A stretch of DNA of 64,000 nucleotides from an uncultured delta proteobacterium (GCA_963848295.1 CAWKDB010000010.1:1632001-1696000), one strand, 5' to 3'. Positions 40,337 to 51,181 are shown, numbered from the stretch's first letter. Notes: generated by a model not told the origin, from the letters alone. Program-made: numbers and translations.

Positions 40337-40627
40337 ATGAAGCTAGCAGCGGACGATCTCCACGGCGTCGCCGAGACGCTGCTCATCCCGCTCGCGTACC
40401 GCGACGATTCGTTCGCCCGCGCGTTCCGCGACCGCATCGACTACGACTGGCAGAAGTTCGCGGGCGGCGGCTTGCAACGCGTGGGCATCGTCGCGCGCGC
40501 GCGGTTCGTGCGCGAGTACCCGCTGTCCGACGCCTTTCCCGAGATCGTGCCGCCACAGCTGACCGCGGACGAGCTCCGCCGCGCAGCGAAGATCGTCCAG
40601 GCGCGTTTCGTCTCGGCGAACGGCTAG
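40337..40627 (+). pseudogene. Internally deleted class I SAM (LCM-like) methyltransferase remnant
   Basis: GVAETLLIPL and RIDYDW..F N-terminal motifs, no SAM-binding core. Confidence 0.6.
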
Positions 40628-42597
40628 TCGTCGAGCGAACGCGGGCCTTCGACCTCGTCGAACTCGGCGCTCGCGCTCACGTCGCCGGTCACCGTGAATT
40701 CGCAGTACGGGAAGTTGCCGGAGCAGGCGCCCTCCCACGTGTCGAACACGTAGTCCGAATCGGGGTCGGCGTACGCTCCGAGATCGACCTCGATTCCACG
40801 CTGCAAGAAGTACGTGCAAGCGCCGCCGCACGTGGCGATCGTGGCGCTTTCGGGGACGGCGGTGACGTCGATGGACTCACCGCCGCCGCTGATCTGGACC
40901 GACAGCGCCTCGAGCTCGACCGTGGAGAACAGCGCATAGAGGTTCATGTTCGAGGTCAGCGTGATCGTGCACGTGGCCGAGTGGCTGTCGCTGCACGCGT
41001 CGCCCCACCACTCCAGGCTGTTGCTGCCGGACGGCGTGCCGGTGAGCGTGATCCGAGAATTCGCGGGCAGCGTGACCGAGCACGTCGAGGCCCCCTCGCC
41101 GCAGTCGATCAACGTGACACCGTCGGAGCCCGTTGCGACGACCGCGCCTGCGGACTGGGTCGACTCGGCGCCGATCGCGTCATCCTCTTGGAGGTAGATC
41201 GTCGGCAGCGAGACCTCGAGCGTGAAGTTGGCGAGCGCGAAGTCGGCCGTGACGGTAGCCGCCGCGGTGAGATCGACGGTGCAGATCCAGCCCGAGCCGG
41301 TGCACGCGCCCGTCCAGCCGACGAACGTCGCGGTCGGCGAGGGACGAGCCTCCAACGTGATGAGCGTGTTCGCCGGCACCGACGTGTCACACGTCGTGCC
41401 GCTGCCGCCGGCGCAGTCGACGTATCCTGTCGCGGTGACGCTGCCGGATCCCGGGCCGGTGAGCCGCACGGTCAAGGCTTCCGGAAGGTCGGCGAACGTG
41501 GCGACGACCTCGGTGAATTGATCCATCGTCACCGTGCAGGGACCCAGGTCCGGGCACAGCCCCGACCAGCCCGTGAACGTCGATCCCGAACCGGGCGACG
41601 CCGTCAGCGTCACGGTCGCGCCGTAGTCGAAGCTTGCCGAGCATGCGCCGTTCGGGCAATCGAAGCAGTCGTCGCTCCCGCACGCGCTCGACGTCGCGAT
41701 CACCTCGCCCGGGCCGCCGCCCTCGAACGACACCGACAGCGTCTCCAGGTCTTGCGTGAACACCGGGTCGAGCGTGATCGGGTCAGCCATCCTCAGCTCG
41801 CAGTCGCCCGCGCCCGCGTCAGCGCACGCTTCGTTCGCGCTGTTCCATCGCGCGAACTGCCAGCCGGGCGCGGCGACCGCGCGCACCGTCGTCGTCGTAC
41901 CGTACGCCACGTTCGCCGAGCATTCGCCGGCGCCGTCGACGCAATCGAGTCCCCCGACCGTCGCCGTGATCGTGCCACGCCCGGCCAGATCGATGGTCAG
42001 TGGCTCGGTGGCGGGCTCGAACTCCGCGCGCACGGTGTCGAGACCCGAGCCGATCGTCGTCGTGCACGTCGGCGCCGAGCCGGTGCACCCGCCGCTCCAG
42101 CCGGTGAAGATCGAGTCCGTCGACGGCGTCGCCGTGAGCGCGACGGTGGTCTGGGGCACGAACGCGCCGGTGCAGGTGTCGCCGGTGGCGCACGCGATGC
42201 CCGACGGCGAGGACGTGATCGAGCCGCGGCCGTCGCCGGTGAACAGCACCGCGAGTGAGGTCGACACGGGCACGAACACCGCGGTCACGGAGATGTCGGC
42301 AGTCGCGGGTGTCACCGCGATGGCGCACGTGGTCGCCGTTCCACCGCACGCGCCCATCCAGCCGGCCAGCACGTCGCCCTCCCCGCTCGTCGCGGTCAGT
42401 GTCACCGTGGTCCCGACCGACGCATCCGCGGTGCACGTCCCGGCAGAGCTCTCGGTGCACGCGATGCCGGTGGAGCTGCTCGTCACGGTGCCGACTCCTT
42501 CGACCTGGACAACCAGCGCGGTGACGTCGTTCGCCGGTGAGCACCCCGACGATGCGAGCACCAGCGCGATCGACCCGCACATCGCAAGATTTCGCAT
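40624..42597 (-). CDS. Lipoprotein with tandem InlB-B-like/Ig-like repeats
   Basis: SSGC lipobox; about 7 repeats of G.G.V...C...VTLTA.P...F.GW.GAC...C. Confidence 0.88.
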   Translation of the reverse strand: MRNLAMCGSIALVLASSGCSPANDVTALVVQVEGVGTVTSSSTGIACTESSAGTCTADASVGTTVTLTATSGEGDVLAGWMGACGGTATTCAIAVTPATADISVTAVFVPVSTSLAVLFTGDGRGSITSSPSGIACATGDTCTGAFVPQTTVALTATPSTDSIFTGWSGGCTGSAPTCTTTIGSGLDTVRAEFEPATEPLTIDLAGRGTITATVGGLDCVDGAGECSANVAYGTTTTVRAVAAPGWQFARWNSANEACADAGAGDCELRMADPITLDPVFTQDLETLSVSFEGGGPGEVIATSSACGSDDCFDCPNGACSASFDYGATVTLTASPGSGSTFTGWSGLCPDLGPCTVTMDQFTEVVATFADLPEALTVRLTGPGSGSVTATGYVDCAGGSGTTCDTSVPANTLITLEARPSPTATFVGWTGACTGSGWICTVDLTAAATVTADFALANFTLEVSLPTIYLQEDDAIGAESTQSAGAVVATGSDGVTLIDCGEGASTCSVTLPANSRITLTGTPSGSNSLEWWGDACSDSHSATCTITLTSNMNLYALFSTVELEALSVQISGGGESIDVTAVPESATIATCGGACTYFLQRGIEVDLGAYADPDSDYVFDTWEGACSGNFPYCEFTVTGDVSASAEFDEVEGPRSLDD

Positions 42598-42768
42598 GCG
42601 AGCGATGTAAGGCCGCCGCAGCGGGCCCTCAAGCCGAATCGCTCGGCTTAAGACTCCATCACCTGGGCGCAAGACTCGCCTCGAAACAAACGTCGATCAC
42701 GCCCAAGCTCGACGCGGACTTCGACGAACGCGCCCGGCGGCTTTGTGAACGGCGCGCCCGGACGATCG

Positions 42769-44148
42769 TTACTGCTCGGGGAGCGCCAAGCGCGGATCGG
42801 ACACCTGCGCCAAGAGCAGGACGACCTTGAACGTCGAGCCGTGACCGGGCTTGGAGTCGACGGATACCGTGCCGCCACTTGCTTCTGCGATCCGCCGGAC
42901 GATCGCGAGCCCGAGCCCGGTTCCGGGGACGCTGCTCGTCGCCGCGCAGCGATAAAACGGTTCGAACGCGTGGGTCGCGTCCTCGCTGGACATGCCCTGG
43001 CCGTTGTCGATGACGCGGATCTCGTAGCGCTCGGCGGTTCGTCTGCCGATCAGCTCGATCGCGGCCGGTACGTCACTGCGACGGTACTTGACCGCGTTCT
43101 CACCGAGGTTCCACAGGAGCTGGCGGAGTAACCCTTCGCTGCACGATACCGCCGCCGGCTGCAGGTCGACCCGGAGCGCGCCTCCGGCGTCCTTGACCAG
43201 TGCCCCGAGATCGGTCTCCAGCGCCGAGGCGATCGGCTCGGTACGCGCGACCGACCCGACCATCGACCCCACCCGCGACAGCGCGAGCAGGTCTTCGACT
43301 AGGCTGGTCATCTGCGCGATGCCGCGCTCCATGACCGTGGCCGTCTTGGCGTCGGGAGTGCGCTCGGCGAGCATCGACGCCGAGAGGCTGATCGTGTTCA
43401 GCGGCCCGCGCAGGTCGTGGGCGACCCGCCCGGCGAACGCATCGAGCTCGCGGTTGCGGACCTCGAGCTCGGACGCGTTGCGGACAAGGCGACGCTGGAT
43501 GCGGACCACGACGCGCGTCACCCAGATCCCGGCGAGGAGCGTCACGATCAAGACGAACGCCGACAGCGCAGACCGGACGCCCAGCACGCTGAGCTCGAGG
43601 TGCGCGGTGCGTTCGCGAGCGCGATCAGCGGCCGTGTGGTTGATCTCGACGAGCGTCGCCACGTCACGCGCGATGGCGTCGAACACCGGCTCGAGCGCGG
43701 TCATCGCGGCCGCGGCTTCGGTGTTTCGGTTGCCGCGAGATGCGTCGAGCGCAGCCGTGATCGGCTTGTCGAGCAATGCGACGTCGACCGTGAGCCCGCG
43801 CCACGCGTCGGCCTCCCCCGGGAACGTGGCCAGCGGCGAGTACCCGTTCGCGGCGACCGCGAAGTCGCGCTTGGTCTGCTGAATCTCGCTCTCCAGCTCG
43901 GTCATCGCAGCGCCCTCGTGCTCGAAGATGTGACGCTCGATCAAGCTGCGTTCGCGCCCGATGTCGATCCCCATCCTGCCGACGAGCTCGACGCTGACCA
44001 GCGCGTTCTTCTCGATCGCGTCGACGCTGACCTGGACGTCCGTCCACTGGAAGTACGCGACGACCTGGCTCACCACGAGCAGCACGGTGACCGCCCCGAA
44101 TGCAAACCCGAGCGTCGCGCCGGTCCGTCGATCGATCGTGGTCGGCAT
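42769..44148 (-). CDS. Sensor histidine kinase with four-helix-bundle periplasmic domain
   Basis: Two TMs; AHDLRGPL; NLGENAVKY; DNGQG; GTGLGL. Confidence 0.93.
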   Translation of the reverse strand: MPTTIDRRTGATLGFAFGAVTVLLVVSQVVAYFQWTDVQVSVDAIEKNALVSVELVGRMGIDIGRERSLIERHIFEHEGAAMTELESEIQQTKRDFAVAANGYSPLATFPGEADAWRGLTVDVALLDKPITAALDASRGNRNTEAAAAMTALEPVFDAIARDVATLVEINHTAADRARERTAHLELSVLGVRSALSAFVLIVTLLAGIWVTRVVVRIQRRLVRNASELEVRNRELDAFAGRVAHDLRGPLNTISLSASMLAERTPDAKTATVMERGIAQMTSLVEDLLALSRVGSMVGSVARTEPIASALETDLGALVKDAGGALRVDLQPAAVSCSEGLLRQLLWNLGENAVKYRRSDVPAAIELIGRRTAERYEIRVIDNGQGMSSEDATHAFEPFYRCAATSSVPGTGLGLAIVRRIAEASGGTVSVDSKPGHGSTFKVVLLLAQVSDPRLALPEQ

Positions 44149-44394
44149 TGAACCTCGTCGGGCCGCGCGCAGCAGCATTCGTGTCCGCCGACGACACCAT
44201 ACGGGCTGCGCCGGAGCGCGCCAAGCGCCTCTCGATTGCGATGTGTTGCGCCGTGCCAGCGCTCACGCGCGTCGGCGGGCTGGGGCACGACACTTTAATG
44301 CGACCTTCACCATGTTGCGGGCGGTGACCCTGGCTCAGCGAGAGCAACTCGATCCGATCGCGTTCACGCATCCGAGCGATCAGCTCGAGGCGTT

Positions 44395-47300
44395 CTACTG
44401 CCGATCGAGCTCGACGAGCAGGCCGGTGCAGGAATCGGTGAGCTGGAGGGTCGCGTCGTCGATCACGGCAAGCCCGGTGAGGCACCTCGTGACGCTCGCC
44501 GGGAAGGTCGAGCGCGGACCCGCACCATAGATCGTCCACACCGCGCCGGTGCCGTCGACCACTCCGTTGGCATCGGCGGCAAGCTCGCGCACGGTCGAAC
44601 GCGAGGTGGCGTAGACGTTGCCGTGCATGTCACAGCCGAGCCCGCTCGGCGTATCGATCGTGAACGTCGCGGCCGGAGCGCCGGCGCCGGACGAGTCCGC
44701 GATGCCGTCGCCGAGCACGGTCGTGATCGCGCCGCTGCCATCGATGCGTCGGATGCGCTCGTTGCCGGTATCGGCGACGAAAAAGTCGCCATTCGTGCAG
44801 CGCACGATGCCCTGCGGCGAGTACAGCAGTGCGCTGGTCGCCGGACCGCCGTCGCCGGCGAACCCGCGCGTCGCCCCGGTGCCGATCGCGGTGGTCACCA
44901 TGTTCGACGTCAGATCGACCGCACGGATCACGTGGTTGCCTGTATCGGCGACATAGAGCACGTGAGCCACGGCGTCGAGGTAAAGACCGGTCGGATTGCG
45001 GAACATCGCGCTGGCTGCCGCCCCGTCGACGTAACCAGCGGTGCCCGCGGCGCCGGCAAGCGGTGCGATCGTCCACGTATCGACGTTCGCCGGATCGACC
45101 ATCGTCACCGCCTGGATGCGGTTCGCGCTCGATTCGGTGAGATAGAACACGCTAGCGGCGGCGTCGTACGCGACGCCCGAGACCGTGCCGAAGCTCGCGT
45201 CGCGGTAGCGCGCGAGCTGGCCGGCCACGGCGGGCTGAGGGTAGCGCCCGGCGACCACGCGGACCACGGTGCGCGACATCGCCTGCACCGTGCCGCTCGT
45301 TCCGCCCGCCACGAACGCGAGCGCTTCGCCGGGCATCACCGCGAGCTGTTGCGGATCGAACAGCCGCGCCTGACCGATCGGACCCATCCCGAGCGCATCG
45401 ATCGCGCCGGCGACGGTCGTGATTACCCCGGTGTGAGCGTCGACCCGCCGGATCGCGTTGTTGTACGGATCGGCGATGAACACGTTGCCCGCGGCGTCGA
45501 CCGCGACGTCGGCTGGCCGTTGGTTGAGCTCCGCGCTGCTCGCCGGGCCACCGTCGCCCGAGAACCCCTCGACGCCCGTGCCGGCGAGCGTGGTGATGAT
45601 GCCGGTCTGACCGTCGATCCGGCGCACGCGCTCGTTGTTGGAATCGGCGATGTACACGTTGCCGGCCGAGTCCGCGGCGGCCGAGTACGGCGTCATCAGC
45701 TCGGCGCCCGTCGCCGCAGCGCCATCGCCCGCGAAGCCCGCGGTGCTCGAGCCGGCGATCGTCGTGATGTCGCGCGTCGTCCCGTCGACACGGCGGATCC
45801 GGTTGTTACCGGTGTCGGCGACATAGATGTTGCCCGCCGGGTCGACGTTGGCGTTGTAGATCTGGCGCAGCTCGGCGGCGAGCGCCGGTCCGCCATCCCC
45901 CGAGAAGCCGTTCATACCGTTGCCGACCGCGACCGACATCATGCCAGTCGCACTCGCGATCATGCGCACCGTCGCGGCCTGCTCATCCTCGAAGTAGACG
46001 TTACCGGCAGCGTCGGTCGCGATACCTTGTGGGTAACTGACCGTCGCATCGACCGCCGGCCCGCCGTTGCCGGTCTCGTTCGCGGTGCCATTGCCGGCGC
46101 ACGTCGTGATCACGCCGCTGGCACCATCGATCCGGCGGATCCGCTGATTGCTGCTGTCGGCGATATAGATGTTGCCGGCGCCGTCGGCCGCGACGTCCCA
46201 CGGGCTCGCGAGCTCGGCCGCAGTGGCGAGGCCGCCGTCGCCGCCGTAACCGTGCCCGCCGCCGCCGCCGATCGTGGTGATCAACCCGGTGGTCACATCG
46301 ACGCGGCGGATGCGGTCGGCGTAGAGATCGGCGATCAACAGATTCCCGGCAGCGTCGAGCCCGATGCCCTGGACGTAGGTCAGCTGCGCGCTGGTCGCCA
46401 GACCACCATCGCCGTTGGATTGATCTTGGCCGTTGCCAGCGACCGTCGCGATGTCGCCGGTCGTGGCATCGACCCGGCGGATGCGCAGGTTGTTGTAGTC
46501 GGCGATATCGATGTTGCCCGCGCGGTCGACCGCAACGCCCGACGCATAGTTGAGCTCCGCGGCGAGCGCCGAGCCGCCGTCGCCGGAAGCGCCGGCGCTG
46601 CCGTTGCCGGCGACGGTCGTGATGATCCCGGTCGTCGCATCGATCCGCCGGATCCGGCTGTCGTCCGAATCGGCGATGTAGATGTCGCCCGCGAGATCGA
46701 GCGCGACGCCGCTCGGACGGTTGAGTATCGACTCGCTGGCCGGGCCGCCGTCGCCGAGCCCGGTGCCACCGCCTGCGCCGGCGAGCGTGCTCAGGATCCC
46801 GGTGGTCGGGTCGATGCGGTGCAGGTACGTGCCCGAAACGAACAGCACCGCGGAGTCGGAAGCGATCACGATGCTGTTGGGGAATTGCAGCTCGGCATCG
46901 ACCGCGGGCCCGCCGCTGCCGGTCTCGCCGAAGCCGCCGTCGCCCGCGATCGTGGTGATCACGCCGGTCGTGGCGTCGATCCGCCGCACGCGAGAGTTGT
47001 ACGAGTCGCTGACGAACACGTTGCCGAGCCCGTCGATCGCCACACCGGCGGTGTTCCACAGCTCCGCGGAGGTCGCCGGGCCGCCGTCACCGCTGAACCC
47101 CGGCGCGCCGGTGCCGGCGATCGTCGTGATCACGCCGGTCTCGGCGTCGATGCGGCGGACGCGATTGCTATCGGCGATGAACAAGTTACCCAACCCGTCG
47201 ATCGCCACGTCGCTCGGGCCTTCGAGCATCGCGCCCGTCGCCGGACCGCCGTCGCCGCTGAATCCTTCCGTGCCGTTCCCGGCGGCGACCGTTACGACGC

Positions 47301-47769
47301 CGGTCGCGGCGTCGATGCGCTCGATTCTGTAGCCGTGAATGTCGGTGAAGAAGGCGTTGCCGGCGGCATCGAATCGCACCGCGGTGGGCAGACCGATCGG
47401 ACCGGAGGTCGTCGAGCCGCCGATCACCGCCGACGCTGCCCAGGTCGTGAGCATGCACGCGTTGCAGCCGTCGGCGGGGTTCTGATTGCCGTCGTCGCAC
47501 TGCTCGCCGGCCTCGACGACGCCGTCGCCGCAGTACTGCACGCACACGCCGCTCTGGCATGTGCCGGGCGCGCTCGACGCCGGCATGCATGGCGCTCCTT
47601 CCGGCATGCCATTGCACGCGTCGATCTGATCCTGGCGTACGCACGCGTCACCGGCGGGCGAGCACACGTCGCTCGGCGGGCACGACAAGTTCCCGCACGC
47701 GACGAGATTATCGCCGATACAGCCCGCAGCCGTCAGCGCGGTCGCCAGCGCGACCCAAAGTCGACCCAC
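44395..47769 (-). CDS. NHL-repeat lipoprotein with Myxococcus Cys-rich repeat
   Basis: AAGC lipobox; CGDGVVEAGEQCDDGN; many GDGGPA...P.GVA.D..GN.YIAD..N.RIR repeats. Confidence 0.92.
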   Translation of the reverse strand: MGRLWVALATALTAAGCIGDNLVACGNLSCPPSDVCSPAGDACVRQDQIDACNGMPEGAPCMPASSAPGTCQSGVCVQYCGDGVVEAGEQCDDGNQNPADGCNACMLTTWAASAVIGGSTTSGPIGLPTAVRFDAAGNAFFTDIHGYRIERIDAATGVVTVAAGNGTEGFSGDGGPATGAMLEGPSDVAIDGLGNLFIADSNRVRRIDAETGVITTIAGTGAPGFSGDGGPATSAELWNTAGVAIDGLGNVFVSDSYNSRVRRIDATTGVITTIAGDGGFGETGSGGPAVDAELQFPNSIVIASDSAVLFVSGTYLHRIDPTTGILSTLAGAGGGTGLGDGGPASESILNRPSGVALDLAGDIYIADSDDSRIRRIDATTGIITTVAGNGSAGASGDGGSALAAELNYASGVAVDRAGNIDIADYNNLRIRRVDATTGDIATVAGNGQDQSNGDGGLATSAQLTYVQGIGLDAAGNLLIADLYADRIRRVDVTTGLITTIGGGGGHGYGGDGGLATAAELASPWDVAADGAGNIYIADSSNQRIRRIDGASGVITTCAGNGTANETGNGGPAVDATVSYPQGIATDAAGNVYFEDEQAATVRMIASATGMMSVAVGNGMNGFSGDGGPALAAELRQIYNANVDPAGNIYVADTGNNRIRRVDGTTRDITTIAGSSTAGFAGDGAAATGAELMTPYSAAADSAGNVYIADSNNERVRRIDGQTGIITTLAGTGVEGFSGDGGPASSAELNQRPADVAVDAAGNVFIADPYNNAIRRVDAHTGVITTVAGAIDALGMGPIGQARLFDPQQLAVMPGEALAFVAGGTSGTVQAMSRTVVRVVAGRYPQPAVAGQLARYRDASFGTVSGVAYDAAASVFYLTESSANRIQAVTMVDPANVDTWTIAPLAGAAGTAGYVDGAAASAMFRNPTGLYLDAVAHVLYVADTGNHVIRAVDLTSNMVTTAIGTGATRGFAGDGGPATSALLYSPQGIVRCTNGDFFVADTGNERIRRIDGSGAITTVLGDGIADSSGAGAPAATFTIDTPSGLGCDMHGNVYATSRSTVRELAADANGVVDGTGAVWTIYGAGPRSTFPASVTRCLTGLAVIDDATLQLTDSCTGLLVELDRQ

Positions 47770-47948
47770 ATCACCACGATACACCGATCAACCGTCGAGG
47801 TGTGGCGGTCCGACGCTCGCACCCGGGGCTGCCAGAACGAACAAGAGGTGCGGATGCTCGACGTGCGAAACCGGCGAGCGATTTCGCCCGTAGCGCGCCG
47901 TTGCCAACCTCACTCGAACGGCTTCGCTGGACTACCGATCGTCACCCC

Positions 47949-47964
47949 AGGCACGGCCGATGCA
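47949..47964 (+). promoter_or_regulatory. sigma54 promoter (leadered)
   Basis: AGGCACGGCCGATGCA, then AGGAGG RBS and ATG at 47991. Confidence 0.6.
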
Positions 47965-47990
47965 CTCAGTTGCGAACCAGGAGGCATCGC

Positions 47991-48560
47991 ATGCGGCCGA
48001 TCATGTTTAGCCTAGCTGTCGCGCTCGCAGTCCCGCCTGCCGCGGCGGATACAGCGCTCGCACCCGTCATCGATCTCGGGACGATCCCGGCGCACTGCCG
48101 TCCGCTCGCTTCCGCGCCGAGTAACGCGACCACCCGGGGTCCCCTACTCGATGCGTACATCTCGGTCGCGAGCTGCGAGGTCCTCGTCCGTACCCACGCA
48201 CTCGCGCTCGCGACAACGCCGCAGTCGCGAGATGCGCTCGATCACGCCGTGCGACCATCGCTGGAGCTTCTCGGCTACGTGATCGCGCACGGTGATCTCG
48301 CGCATCAGATCGCGGCCCAGCGCGCGAAAGCCGACACGTATGCCGGCATGGTCGTGTTGTTGGCGACCACGGTGTCGTCACGGTCGTTGCCGCTGACCAA
48401 CGCGATGACCATCGACGAGTACGTCCAGCGATTTCGCTATGCCGACGCACTCACCAGGACGTGGCGGGTTCGCGCAGATGCCGCGAACCGCGAGGCATCG
48501 CGGCTGGCGACTCGGACCGAGCCGCTCGAGCGAGCGCTGCCTCAGCTCACGCGGGGCTAG
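47991..48560 (+). CDS. Hypothetical secreted protein
   Basis: RBS and signal peptide MRPIMFSLAVALAVPPAAA. Confidence 0.7.
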   Translation: MRPIMFSLAVALAVPPAAADTALAPVIDLGTIPAHCRPLASAPSNATTRGPLLDAYISVASCEVLVRTHALALATTPQSRDALDHAVRPSLELLGYVIAHGDLAHQIAAQRAKADTYAGMVVLLATTVSSRSLPLTNAMTIDEYVQRFRYADALTRTWRVRADAANREASRLATRTEPLERALPQLTRG

Positions 48561-48645
48561 CGCGAATGGGAGGATCCTGGCCGGGTACGCGAGCTGCGTC
48601 GCTTGATACACGCGAATCCGTGTGAGTACCGGATCATGTCCTCGG

Positions 48646-49422
48646 TCACATCGACGGCTGGCCGTTGCCAGCTACGCGCTCCGCTCGCTGCGGCATCACG
48701 ACGATACAGATCAGGATGAACGCGGCGAGCACAACCGACGCCGTGTAGCGACTGAGCTCGAGACCCCCGTTTGCGTGCGGCTTGTCGAGCAGGTCGCCAA
48801 CCGTCGCGCCGAGCGGTCGTGTGAGGATGAACGCAGCCCAGAACAAGAAGGTGCGTGACACCTTTGTGAACAAGTATGCGGCGAGGACGAGCAACAAGCC
48901 GCCCGCAAACACCAGCGCGCCGCCTTCATAGCCGAGGCCGAGACCGGTGTCGGAGTCGGCCATCCAATCGCCGAGCGCGGTGCCTAGCGTCTGCGAGAAC
49001 AGGATCGTCGTCCAGTAGAACAGCTCAGCCTTACGTGACGTGATCGACGCGATCGAGACCGAACCGAGCATGCGATGCCACAGCGCGAGCGTTCCGAACA
49101 GCAACGCGATCAGGATCGCCGTGCCGCCGAGGTAACCGATGCCCAACGACCGATCGAGTAGGTCGGCGAGTGTCGTCCCGACGGTCGTGGTGGCGACGAT
49201 CACGACCCAGAACAAGATCGGGTGGAACCGCCTCGCGACGACCTGCGAGCCGACAGCGACCGCAAAGACCGCTGCGAAGATGAGCGTGCCGACGAGGTAG
49301 CCGAGGCCCATCGACATCGTCACCGCATCGCCGCCGGTCTCACCGAGCGTGGTCGCCGCGATCTTGATGACCCAGAACCCGATCGTAGCTTGCGGTACCT
49401 TACCGAGCGCGACTGCGACCAT
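48646..49422 (-). CDS. DUF347/COG4705 membrane protein
   Basis: KVP..T..FW.IKI.ATTLGETGGD; SQTLGTALGD; TRPLGATVGD. Confidence 0.9.
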   Translation of the reverse strand: MVAVALGKVPQATIGFWVIKIAATTLGETGGDAVTMSMGLGYLVGTLIFAAVFAVAVGSQVVARRFHPILFWVVIVATTTVGTTLADLLDRSLGIGYLGGTAILIALLFGTLALWHRMLGSVSIASITSRKAELFYWTTILFSQTLGTALGDWMADSDTGLGLGYEGGALVFAGGLLLVLAAYLFTKVSRTFLFWAAFILTRPLGATVGDLLDKPHANGGLELSRYTASVVLAAFILICIVVMPQRAERVAGNGQPSM

Positions 49423-49691
49423 GCGCGACGCTACTGCGCTTCCATGATCGGATCGAGCGGTACGGCGAAGAGCTCGTGCACCGTCGCGACCCTGTCGCCC
49501 ATACTGAGGAGCTTCTGGCATCGCGGTGATTGCGCGCGGAATCGCGAAGATAGCGCTCGCCATCGCTCGCGGTGCTCCGCCCGGGCGACCGCGCTTGCAC
49601 ACGCCGCAATACCGGAGACCGTCAGTGGCCGTGGTCCTGTCACGCTCGCTAACCAACAATCACGCGGCAGAGTCGTGGTTCTACTTGAATC

Positions 49692-49706
49692 TGAAAACGA
49701 CTTTCA
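49692..49706. promoter_or_regulatory. Fur-box-like inverted repeat
   Basis: TGAAAACGACTTTCA in an AT-rich patch, adjacent to the -10 TACCGT. Confidence 0.5.
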
Positions 49707-49719
49707 ATACCGTTGCCGC

Positions 49720-50100
49720 GTGCGGGGCGTCCATTCTCCTTACGGCGCGCTGATCCGCTTGCGACGCCTGGAACACGGTCGCACGCTCCGCGACGTCGCG
49801 AGCGCGGTCGGGATCTCTCATCAATACCTCGCTGACGTCGAGATCGGCGTAGCTGGGCCGTTGAGGAAGTCCTTCGAACGCGCGCTGCTGCGATGCCTCC
49901 CCACCGTTTCGAAGCGAGAGCTCGACCACGCGCGCGACCTGTCGAAGCCGGTGCTCATCACTCTCAAGAACACGCCCAAGCAGTACATCGAAGTCACCAG
50001 AGCGATCGCGCGCCGGTACGCCCGCCGAGATCTGAGCCGCGAGCAAGTCGAGGAGCTACTTCGCATCCTCCATCAAAGCCATCGGCGGTCGGGACGATGA
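49720..50100 (+). CDS. XRE-family HTH transcriptional regulator
   Basis: YGALIRLRR...TLRDVASAVGISHQYLADVEIG. Confidence 0.85.
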   Translation: MRGVHSPYGALIRLRRLEHGRTLRDVASAVGISHQYLADVEIGVAGPLRKSFERALLRCLPTVSKRELDHARDLSKPVLITLKNTPKQYIEVTRAIARRYARRDLSREQVEELLRILHQSHRRSGR

Positions 50101-50113
50101 CCGCGCGCTATAG

Positions 50114-51181
50114 TTAGCGTGGCGGCGAGACAACTAGCAGGTCCGATCCCTTCGAGTGCGACAAGTAGACCTTGCCCTCGCCTGTCACGACGCCGTTTCG
50201 TACGCCTTCTTCGGTTCTTACCGTCGCTGAGACCGTCAGCGCCCCTTGGCGGTCGAGGCTCGCGATGGTGAGGGTCGCCGCCTTCGCCGCGCCGGCATAG
50301 ATCGTGTGGGTCGCCGACGCGTAGTCGAGATCATCCACGCCGTCGCCCGTGTCGATCGAACCGAGCGTAGCCCCGTCGTGTCCGGCGTCGAGGATCTCGA
50401 CTCGCGTGCTACATGCAACGATAAGGAATCCTTCCGTCTCGGCGAGTCGAAGGCCATGTGGACCTTGCTCGCCGCACGAAGGCTTCCAGGTCGCGACCGT
50501 CTTGTGCGTATCGACGTCGATCGCGAGCGTTAGGTCCTTGTCTTCCAAGTTCGTGTAGAAGCGCCCGCGAGTCGCATCCGGTGCAAAGCCTTCTGGCTCG
50601 CCGTCGAAATCGAGCTTTGCCTTCTGCGCGAGCGTCGCGCCGTCGAGGATCCGGATCGACTTGTCACGCGGGGTGGTCACCCAGACTTCCTTCGTCTTCG
50701 CGACATACGAAATGCCGTCCGGCATCGAGTCGAGCTTGCCGCACGCACCTTTCGCCAGCTTGACTTCGTCGATCGCGCACACAGTGGAGTCGCCGCGATT
50801 CCCGACGTATACCGTGCCGTCGGCGCCGAGCGTGGCGGAGCTCGGTCCGACGGTGCGCTTCTTGCCCCTCCGCTCCACCTCTCGGGTCACGAAGCCTTCG
50901 ATGCGCGACACCTTGCCGGTCGACACATCGACTACGTCGACCGATCCGGTGTTTCCGGCTGGCACCCAGACGGTCTTGGTGCGCGGGTTGTACAGCAGAA
51001 AATCCATCCCGATACCGTCGGGACCGCCGCCGGGCAGTGCGATCTCGCCGGTCGTGTACCCGTTGGCACGTGGCGGCTCCCGGGTCGCCGAGCCCGGCGT
51101 AGGCTTGGCTACCGTTCCGGATGACTTCGATTTGCAGCCGACGAGCAGCAGCGCGATGCTGAACAGAATGTACCTTCGCAT
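50114..51181 (-). CDS. YncE/YVTN-type beta-propeller lipoprotein
   Basis: LLVGC lipobox; MDFLLYNP...GSVDVVD; PDG, PEG and PHG blade motifs. Confidence 0.82.
   Translation of the reverse strand: MRRYILFSIALLLVGCKSKSSGTVAKPTPGSATREPPRANGYTTGEIALPGGGPDGIGMDFLLYNPRTKTVWVPAGNTGSVDVVDVSTGKVSRIEGFVTREVERRGKKRTVGPSSATLGADGTVYVGNRGDSTVCAIDEVKLAKGACGKLDSMPDGISYVAKTKEVWVTTPRDKSIRILDGATLAQKAKLDFDGEPEGFAPDATRGRFYTNLEDKDLTLAIDVDTHKTVATWKPSCGEQGPHGLRLAETEGFLIVACSTRVEILDAGHDGATLGSIDTGDGVDDLDYASATHTIYAGAAKAATLTIASLDRQGALTVSATVRTEEGVRNGVVTGEGKVYLSHSKGSDLLVVSPPR

Noticed and set aside
44240..44260. TGGCACG on the minus strand upstream of the histidine kinase
   Set aside because: No GC at the -12 position.
44395..47400. 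DNA periodicity in NHL and InlB-like genes as a possible array
   Set aside because: Explained by protein repeat domains.
49431..49659. N-terminal extension of DUF347 or a small upstream ORF
   Set aside because: No recognisable motifs; family similarity begins near ATG 49422.
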